This document shows positions 52,294-64,000 of a DNA stretch of 64,000 nucleotides, piece by piece. Below the pieces are notes generated by a model. It ran no database searches. It worked only from the letters and a program-made list of their open reading frames with translations, and had not been told where the DNA came from. Where the stretch lies: NCBI RefSeq assembly GCF_009914755.1, contig NC_060931.1. One strand, given 5' to 3'. The position numbers and the translations under genes are program-made. Numbering within the stretch: the first letter of the stretch is position 1; the number at the start of each line of letters is the position of its first letter. This stretch comes from the human T2T-CHM13v2.0 reference genome, Homo sapiens.

Positions 52294-54779
52294 CTCAATG
52301 TAAATCTTAAATGTATTGATTGCTGTTATTATGTCTCCCTAAAATGTATAAAAGCAAGCTGTACCCCGACCATTTGGGGCACGAGTACTCAGGACCTCTT
52401 GAAGCTGTGTCATGGCTGTGTCCTTAACCTTGGCAAAATAAACTTTCTACATTGAATGAGACCTGTCTCAGATATTTTGGGTTCACACATTTGACCTAAA
52501 AATTCCTGAACACAAGTTGGTGTAGTTTTTACTAGTGTAGGAGGCAGTGCTGTATATTTGTCCTTTGCATTTGATAGTAGAATTTTTAGCTGTTTTTCTT
52601 TTGCTAAACTTTTCACCATCAGCAATGCAGATGTTGAAATTTTAATGCAATTGCCTCTGTGGCCCTTATTTTCACTCACATCTTCTAAGCACTCTAAGGG
52701 GCATTGAAATGAAGAGAGCCACCACTTAATATATGGTTGTCAATAGGATTTCTTCCTGACCGTTTATGCTTTCATGACATTAGGAAACTTCTTTGTTGCA
52801 TTGGGCTTGGGAGAGGTAAGAAGATACAAATTTCTTTGGTAGCAGGTAGTGCATGATGGTGTGGTTTGGAGAACAAGAAGAGATAACCTTGTTTGGTTAA
52901 ATGGGGAAGACCAGACTGGTAGGCCCTAAAATCCTTTTAAAAATCATTAACATTTTCATTGTTCCCTTGGCTTTCTGACCTGTTACACTGCATACCTTCT
53001 ATCCAAATGGAGATTCTGTCGGCCGAAAAGATCAAGCATTCTTCCTTAGCAAGATGCATTTCCTCCTGCTGGATCAGCTGTCTTTCTGTCAGAAAGGCAG
53101 AGCTGGTCACTATTTTCCCATTATCTGTTTGGGTAGGGAGTCCGGGAAATGGGGAGGGCTATGCAATATATAGTTTAGAAAAGCTCTCTCCCTCTGCACA
53201 CACTTTTAAGATTCATTTTTGTCTTTGCTCCCATTTCTTTCATTCCTATTGCTCCATGGGCAACCATGGGCACAGCCACTGGCAATATCATGATTAATTA
53301 TTCTAGGAAGCCTGGATAAGTTGAAGTGGTTGTTATAAACGTCTAAACTTGAAATCTATTTTTTTTAAAGCAAAGACTGTGTTTGCATGCACCAAGGGAA
53401 AAGCTGGTGGTAGAAATTGCTGTACAATTTGCCTCTAGACTGTAGTTGGAAATATTCTTTTTGGGAAATAGGACAGATCAAGGTGGTTTTTCTCTCCATG
53501 TAAAGTTGCTATTGGAATAACAACTTGTCTTATTTTACAGTCCTAAAGTAATAAATAAAACATTTATGACTTGGAATAAATTGAGAGCATCCCATTACCT
53601 ATAGTAGCAGGCATGTTCTTATTCTTTTCAAGCCTCAGGCAGAGTGACATCAGCAGATTTTTTTCATTTTCTAATCCAGAGCCTTCTAATTTCTTTCTGT
53701 CAAAGAACCTGCATTTTAATACTGAGCAGATCTGCAGGGACCCTTTTTGATATGACTACGTTTTGTAGCACCTCTTTTAAATTGTATTTAACTTCAGTTC
53801 TCAGAAGACAGCATGGTGTAGTGGAAAGAACATGGGCTTAGAATTTATAGAGTGTACTTTTTTTTTTGGTTGGCTTGGAAATGAGGTCTTCAGTTCACAT
53901 TCAGATTCTTGACTCATTAGTAATCTGGAATTTTCTGATGACCACACTCAGAGTTCTTCTAGCTACAGGGCCACTTCTTGTGGTGCTTGTGGTGTGTCAA
54001 AAGGAACTCCCCGCTTAGCCTCTTTAGAGGGTACTTCTTCCATTACACTCTACACACCCACACACCCTGGGAGCTTCTTGATCTGGTAACGTTTTTGTGC
54101 GTTTGGAATTTTTTAGTTTTTCATCCTGTACTACACCATAATGACTCTTACCCTTGCCCTTTGGTGATTATCACATTGGAGAAACATCCCCGCTCATCTG
54201 TGCTTTCAGAATGCCAAATCCTCATACAAAGAATAACCTTCAGTTTCTCCTGCAGGACAAAGCATGCCTGTCTGAGCACAGTGAGTCAATCTCTCCTGTT
54301 CAAACATTTGCCACTTATTTATTAAACAAGTATTTACCAAGTACCCTCTATCTACGAGTGTGTGCTGTGGGCTGTGGATGAGAAAATGGTGAATTATCCA
54401 TGATTTCAAGAAGTCTATAATCTAGGAAGGAAAATAAGAAAAGCAGTTTTTGTGTGGTGGGGTAAGGGCATGGGTTGTATTGTGCTTGGCCTTTTTTAAA
54501 AAGGAAGGGATAAAATGATCCAATCCTTGAAGATGTAAAGTTCGTTGTGTCTCTTAAGAACAGCAAAACATGCAGTTTGCCAAGAGCAGAAGCAGCATCA
54601 AGGGGGAATGGTGGAAGATAAGGAAAATTTTTCCTCAGTTATCTACCTGATTTTTCCTTTGACTTTCAAATGAAGTACAGGGTCATTTTATTTGAGATTC
54701 ATTTGGTATTCTCTGTCAACTGTCCATGATCAGGGTATCTCTTCCTCCTACTTTTCACCCTACTCGTATAGATCATCAT

Positions 54780-55760
54780 ATCCACTCTCATTCCTTCTAT
54801 CAACATGTAGCTAAGATTGCTATACAGAACTTCAGACCTGCATTTCCAGCTGTGGCCTAGACACCTCCACCCGGGTTCTCACCCCACCTCGGATAGACAG
54901 ACCCAGAACTAAGCTCAGTTTCCTCTCTCTCACACTTGCACTTTCTGCTTCATTCCATCTCTGTGAATGGTACTGCCTTCCAGCAATTGCTTAATGCAGG
55001 ATGTGGGCGCTATCTTTGACCCCTCACCTTTTCTTTAATTCCCACCAGCCATCCCTCAAATTTACCTCCTGAATATCTGTTGAGTCTGTCCTCTTCTCTG
55101 TGTCCCCTCTGCCACCATCCTAGTTCCAGTCATCATCACCGACTGTCACTGAGGGAGCCTCTGAAGTTTCACTAGATTCAGTCTTACCTCTGACCAATGC
55201 CTTCTTCACACACTGCAGCCAGAATAATCCCTCCAAAATGTAAACCTGGTCACATCAATTCTCTTAAAACCTGTTAATGGCTCCTTATGGCCCTTAGGGT
55301 AAAATCCAAATTACTTAAATAGCTGAAAATGTCCTTGGTGACCTGGCCTTTACTGGCTCCTCCCACAGCGGGTGGCCTCCAGCGGTTCCGAACTACTTTC
55401 TCTTTCCTAAATTGGCCATGTTCTAGCACTTGTACGCTTTGACATGCTGTTTCTCTTGCCTAGATTCTACTCCCTATTTTTGCCTGGCTACTTTTTATTT
55501 TTCCCCTAGATCTCAGCTTCAATGTCATATCCTGTAAAAAGCCTCTAATTCTCTCAAAACTAGGTTAGATGCCCCCATTATGTGCCCCTTTTATGGATTA
55601 CCTAAAAGTGAAATTGCATCTTGATTACCTGTTGAATTGTCATCGTTCCCTACTAAACTATAAACTTCACTAGGACAGGGAATGTTGGGCTTATTCACCA
55701 GCGTGTCCAAGACACCCAGCACAGTGCCTGGCATATTATTTATCAAGAAACATGTTTTAC
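54780..55760 (+). mobile_element. L2 3' region
   Basis: cttcagacctgcatttcc, cactgcagccagaataatcc, cccagcacagtgcctggcat. Confidence 0.65.
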
Positions 55761-56080
55761 TATGCCACCAATATTTACCAAGAGCTGTTCTTCTTTACCA
55801 CTTGATCCTAAGCTTCTTCAGGGCAGGACCAAATCATATTTGTGTGCCATAGGCAGCACTTTGTGTTAAATGAGTTTGTTTCAACAACTACCTTCAGAAG
55901 CATTATTGCATCTGACCTTTTAAAAAATATTATGTGAGTGTGAATATAAATTGAAAAATTTAAATTAGATGAGACTATGCAATTTAAAAAATGTGCTATA
56001 AAACATACAACTAAATGAGTAATTGCCCATTGAGTATTGTCTGAAGTTTAGAAGAAAAAGCATCTGCTTTCCGACCCTAC

Positions 56081-57003
56081 TGTTAGCAGAAAGGGGTCCC
56101 AATCCAGACCCCAAGAGAGGGTTCTTAGATCTTGCACAAGAAAGAATTCAGGGCGACTCCATAGAGTGAAGTGAAAGCAAGTTTATTAAGATAGTAGGCC
56201 AGGCACAGTGGCCACACCTGTAATGCCAGCACTTTGGGAGGACAAGGCAGGCGGATCATGAGGTCAGGAGTTCGGTTCAAGATCAGCCTGGCCAACATGG
56301 TGAAACCAATACAAAAATTAGCTGGGTGTGGTGGTGCACACCTGTAATCCCAGCTACTTGGGAGGCTGAGGCAGGAGAATCACTTGAACCCGGGAGATGG
56401 AAGTTTCAGTGAGCCGAGACAGCGCCACTGCACTCCAGCCTGGGGGACAGAGTGATACTTCGCCTCGGAAAAAAAAAAAAAGAAAGTAAAAGATTAAAAG
56501 GTTGACTACTCCATAGGCAGAGCAGCAGCATGGACCACTCAGGTGCTTATTCTTGTTACTTCTTGATTATATGCTAAACAGGGGGTGGATTATTCATGAG
56601 TTTTTTCAGAAAGGGATGGGCAATTCCCAGAACTGAGGATTCCTCCCCTTTTTAGACCATACAGTGTAACTTCCAGATGTTGCCATGGCATTTGTAAACT
56701 GTCATGGTGCTGGCAGGAGTGTCTTTTAGCATGCTAATGTATTCTAATTAACATATAATGAGCAGTGAGGACACTAGAGATCACTCTCATCGCCATCTTG
56801 GTTTTGGTGGATTTTCGTTGGTGTCTTCACTGAAGGTTGTTTTATCAGCAAGGTCTTTATCAGCTATATCATATGCCGCCCTCCTATCTCATCCTGTGAC
56901 TTAGAATGCCCTACCTCCTGGGAATGCAGCCCAGTAGGTCTCAGCCTCTTTTTACCCAGCCCCTACTCAAGATGGAGTCACTCTGGTTCAAATGCCTCTG
57001 ACA
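56081..57003 (-). mobile_element. MER41 (MER41B-like) solo LTR with inserted Alu
   Basis: - strand TGTCAGAGGCATTTGAACCAGAGTGACTCCATCTTGAGTAGGGGCTGGGTAAAA...CTAACA; TSD cctac / cttac. Confidence 0.88.
56197..56481 (+). mobile_element. AluS inside MER41
   Basis: Alu with deleted mid-linker; TSD aagatagta / aagaaagta. Confidence 0.88.
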
Positions 57004-57414
57004 CTTACCACTTAGTAACTCTGTGTTTTTGGGCACGTCACTTTCCTTCTCTGAGTCTTGGCTTCCTAATATGTAAAATGAGAATATTTTCTGTTACCTG
57101 ATAATGCCTACCTTGCAAGGTTGTTACAAAGATTAAAGGTTTATGAAAACAACTGCCATAGTACTTGGTACAAGGTAGTTGCTCTATGAATTTTAAGTTT
57201 TGTCTTTTATTCTGACAATGCTGATATTACTGAAATATTTTTGGAATTTCTTTGCTGAGATAGTTTTCAGAGCTTGCTATAGATCATCAGACTATCTCAA
57301 TGGGAGAAATCTTTTTTCTTTGAGGATGTGTTTGATTTTTAGGAATAGTCGGGTTCAGATAGCAAGATCAAGATGGTTAACACCATTTTTGATATTAAAC
57401 AAAGTTAAGTATGA

Positions 57415-57816
<402 letters not shown>

Positions 57817-58933
57817 TAAATTCAGGGAATTAACTATCACAAAATCTTTTTATTTTGAATAGCATTCTGATAAATTAATCAAAATTAATAAACTCAGGAG
57901 AGCTGAAATCTTTAATAATATATTTAATCACAAGCTAATAATCAGAATTTTACTTCTAGCAACAAAGAACTTAGGGAAAAAAATGATCTAAGGTGCTACC
58001 CCATATTCTTGTGCATATTCAGGGCTATTGTCTTTTCAGCTAGGTCCATGGAAATCAGTGTGCCTGAGTTGTGGCAAGGGTAATGTTCTTTATTAATAGC
58101 CCAGAGGAGCCTGTTGCCTTTTGGAGACCTGTCCTTCATAGTAGAGGAGGAGCCTGGAAATGGGCAGGATATAGAGATGGGATTGTAGCTTTTACAGAAG
58201 CATAGAGGGCTTGTGCAGAAAAAATCCACAGGGCGAGTTTTTAGGAGAGATTGGAGGTACAAGGTAATTAGTCTACTAAAGGAAAGCATTGAAAGCAGTG
58301 GCCGGTGGGAGCACAGTCCGGAGAGGCTGGAAGCTGCGTTCCCAGGGCCTGTGCAAGTTGGACTAGGGGTCAGCACAGTCCAGGGGGAGGGTCAGTGACA
58401 ATGCCCAGGTTACTATGAGGAACCTCATATTATTTTGTTATCCAGAGGTTACTGTGGGTTCAGTGTTTTACCTCTTTATTGTATATAAGGTCATAAATGC
58501 AAAGTATCCAGTAAGCTATAAGGAGTTAGTGACATGTTAATTATTTTCAAGATATTTCGCTAGTTTCTACCCTGAATTTACCTCATCTTGTATATTTTTG
58601 TTGTTGTTACTGATGTTAGAATGATTCAGTGAGAGCATTTGATTGGGAGGGACGCAAGAAGAAAAGTGAAACATGAATATGTGTTATTTCCTGTGGGTCA
58701 TTCAAAAAAACATGAATATTTGTGAATACTGGGTGTGGAGGAAGAGAAGGTTGCACAACGCTCTTTGCCACCTGGGCACAGGGGAGCAGAGTCACTTAAG
58801 CCAATGGGGACTGGGCTGACTTGTGCTGGATTTCACAAGGGGTGAGTCTCCTGAAAATCTTTGTTATCAAACAACATCAGCTTTTGGGGTACTGATGTCA
58901 TGATAATTTCAGTAAAACATGGTTCTTAAGTTG

Positions 58934-59305
<372 letters not shown>

Positions 59306-59967
59306 TAGTGAAGCCGCCTGCTTTGTGAACTTCAGGGGTTGTTTTGCAGCCTGGCTATGGAATCACTGAGCAGCAGCCTTTGACAGCAACTCTGGCAAAA
59401 AGCAAAGCTTGCTTATTGTTTTTCATTCACTGTAAATGTCAAATCACCCAGAAGAGCCTGTTGCCTTTTGAATTCCTGTGAAAATGCAAAATTTAAAGTT
59501 TTCAATGTTATAAAAAAAGTCTAGAAAGAGAATATAAGCAAAATAACCTTTTTTCAAGTTTTTCTATAAATTGGTTATTGTTCATCTTTTCTGGGTATTT
59601 GATTTCTTAACTTTTGTTAACCACATTGAAGTTACTATCTTAGCAGTGCCAGCAATGTGCATTAGCACAAGCTCTTAAATGAAGATTCTGGAGCCCCGGA
59701 GGTGACTGGAGCCATTTAAAATGCTTTTATGGTAGAAACCTATTTTAGAGACCTTGACGTTAAATAGGTGATCACATTCTGACAGAATGCTTTCATTTTT
59801 GGAAGCCAAAATTTTGCCTCATGACAAAATTCTCCATTTATGATTTATTGTCTGACAGTGATATAAAAAACAAGTGATTTAGATAAGACAGTAGCAGAAG
59901 AAACTTAATATCAAATTTACTTGTGGCAAATGACCTAATTTCCACTGGGTAAGAAAAATGCAGGATA

Positions 59968-60922
<955 letters not shown>

Positions 60923-60997
60923 TAAAAAGCTCACAAATTTTGTTTGGATCATAATCTATTAAAGCTAATGATTATTCTCTTTTGCTTACTTTGATAG

Positions 60998-61037
60998 TGA
61001 TAACCTCCTAAGGAGAGCAGCCTGTCAAGAAGCTCAG
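60998..61037 (+). CDS. AGK: Acylglycerol kinase exon 3 (40 bp)
   Basis: Acceptor ttctcttttgcttactttgatag| with branch-like ctaat at 60965-60969; T+GAT AAC CTC CTA AGG AGA GCA GCC TGT CAA GAA GCT CAG = (C)DNLLRRAACQEAQ, continuing exon 2 in phase; donor CAG|GTAATA. Confidence 0.96.
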
Positions 61038-61805
61038 GTAATACTACTTAATGTGATAAAATTAAGCCCCTCCTTATCTTCATTGTGCAGAAAACTTAAG
61101 CTCTTTCAGGGGACTTGCACAGTGTCTTGCATCTGTGCAGTCTGGCTATTTTTTAGCACTATCAGGATGAATCACGCTGGGAGCCAACTCTGAGTAGAAC
61201 TCCAGGAAGTTAACCATCTGGTGAAGAGCAGTTCTGACGCCCACCCCTATAGACTGTTTGTTTCTGGATTGGTCCCAAGAACACAGAACTGGACTGGTAG
61301 AAGCTCTGGGAATTTGTTTGTGTCTGCAGTTGTCTTTGTAGATTTGTCTAACCCCTGAATCATCCCTGATCTGAATAACCCCCAAGGATATCAGTTCAGA
61401 GCAAGTGTTACCTCTAAAAGTCAAATCTTCTTAAAATTGTTGATTCATATTTTTAAAGCTCATCTCCAAGTTCAACTGATCCATATCATGTACACTGTTA
61501 TATTCCATGAGATTTTACTTAAATATTCATTTATATGGCTAATTATAGCTGGATTATAATATTTGTCCTTTCAAATATAAGACAGCATTTTTGCCCCCCC
61601 ACTGCAAAAATGTGCATTATACCTTGCAGATGAAATTCTGAGACTGAGTTGCCTTTTTGTTTTATATCATTTGAGCTTATGATGTCAGAAATACCAAAAT
61701 AGAAACATGAAAATCAAAAGTGGCAAATGTGTGAAGCATTTAGTAATAAAAATAGGTGGCAGACCTCATGTTTGTTTCTGAAATGTTTTAATGGATGACA
61801 GTGAG

Positions 61806-61925
61806 AATAGATACTATAAATTAATTCCTCTCTTTAGCGATTGTTACAATAGATACTATAAATTAATTCCTCTCTTTAGCAGTTGTTACAGTATATACTA
61901 TAATTCCTCTTTTTAGCGATTGTTA
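61806..61925. repeat. 42-bp tandem repeat, ~2.8 copies
   Basis: aatagatactataaattaattcctctctttagcgattgttac repeated with small changes. Confidence 0.85.
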
Positions 61926-62076
61926 TCTAGCTGTTCTAAACCTGTGTTTTACGAATTTGATTACTTCTTTGTTTAAATGTATTATCTTTCATATGGCTCT
62001 AAGTTGTTTTGGAAATCAATTCAAATAAACTTTAATATTAAATTAAAGGTGATCCCCGTCCCAAGCCAATCATTAG

Positions 62077-62358
<282 letters not shown>

Positions 62359-62476
62359 TAAGGAAGAGTAGACCTGTGTGATTGTAGGGCCCTCCCTTTC
62401 TTGTTGAAAGTAAATGCCTCCACCTCTGTTCTAAATTCTCTCTCCTCATACTTTTTCAGGGATGATGTTCCTTTAG

Positions 62477-62802
<326 letters not shown>

Positions 62803-64000
62803 TTATTTCTTTCTATTCTAATTCTCCACTTCCCCTGCATGTTTAGTTCCTTCCATCTCACAAATGGAAGTGGATCTGTCCTTATAGCCTCAGCTGGCTA
62901 ATTTTCCTATCTGTGTACTTCCTTTTACAGTCTAAATTCTTGAAAACATGATATTTAATAACAAATCTCACATAAACTTAATGTAGTCTCACATAAACTC
63001 CTTAGCTCACTGTGAATCTGAGATTTGATTTGCAAGTAGGTACCAACTTTAGACACTAAGAAATGAGGGCAAGGAGGAATAATCTTACTACCATAGGTGT
63101 GGAATCTGACAGGCCAGAGAGAATGGTTAGTGATATCATTTCTGCCACATTCCAGAAATAGTATAGATAGAAAAAGGAAAAATTACAGTATTTGGAGATT
63201 TAGCAGCAAAATGTTAAAGTCTAAGTAAGAATGAAAACAGAATAGAAATTATAATGTTCCAGAAACTTCTTACAAAGAAATAGTCTGTCTTTTTCTCTAC
63301 TTCAGAAAAAAAGTATTTTTGTTTTTGTTTTTGTTTTTAAAGCAAGCAATAGACAATAATAAGAAAGGCTCCAAAATGAACTGTCAGGGAGATAGCAGAT
63401 TTAGAGTAAGTTATTCAATAAAAAATATTTGCATTACTTTTTTTCCTCCTCCTATCTTTACTTTGTACTTCCATACTAGAATTCTGCTTTGTTGGTTCAG
63501 GCCACCTCCCACCATTCAAGACCCCAATTTTTGCCCATTTTGGTACTTTCCTATTCTTTTTGTTGACATCATTTCCAATTCAGACATAATAGCAAGAGTT
63601 CCCATTCATTTCTCATTTGGACTCCTCACATCTAGTCCTCTGCCTTTTAATTCTACCTCATCCTTGATCCTCTCTTTAGAGCTTAGAGAGGCTTTGGAAT
63701 TAGAAGATGTGTATTCCAGGCTTGTAATTGATCAACTCTGTGACTTTCAGGAACTTAATCTTCCTGATTCTGGACTTTCTAATCTGGAAAACTGAGATTA
63801 TTTTATACCTCCTTGGTTTCTGAGAACTAAGAATAATGTGTGTAAAAATGTCAAATAAAAGGTGCTTGGTATATATTAGTTATGTTTCTTTTCCCCTGCC
63901 AGTTGCTGCTATTTAGTTATCATACAGGGTTGCAAAGAAGAGAAGGCAAATAGAGTATTCGGTTTATTTTGTATGTGTGTAAACATATGAAGATTAACTG

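Overview
Human (or near-identical great-ape) genomic DNA covering about 19 kb upstream of, and the 5' part of, AGK (acylglycerol kinase / TIM22 subunit, 7q34; + strand). The six-frame ORF track misses the gene. Read by hand, it has a CpG-island promoter with a short non-coding exon 1 (ends 19283), exon 2 with the ATG (23302-23416), a 37.6-kb intron 2 and a 40-bp exon 3 (60998-61037). These splice to [47 protein letters not shown]. The rest is mostly transposons: about 31 Alus, old L1/L2/MIR, MaLR, ERVL and ERV1 LTRs. The most striking structure is an 8.5-kb nested insertion stack in intron 2. One MER4-group solo LTR (TSD CATT) has been split by an LTR10-type LTR, an AluY, a MER61-type LTR, a 5'-truncated Alu and a two-LTR HERV-H provirus that landed at that Alu's own target-site duplication. 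Other notable items are an internally deleted (possibly spliced) L1PB with a short 3' transduction, an odd exon 2 acceptor with TACTAAC 4 nt from the AG, a MER41 with one intact GAS site, and a perfect CTCF motif. I see no evidence for a new protein-coding system; the novelty is in retroelement architecture and candidate regulation. Repeat family names come from recalled consensus sequences, not from a search.
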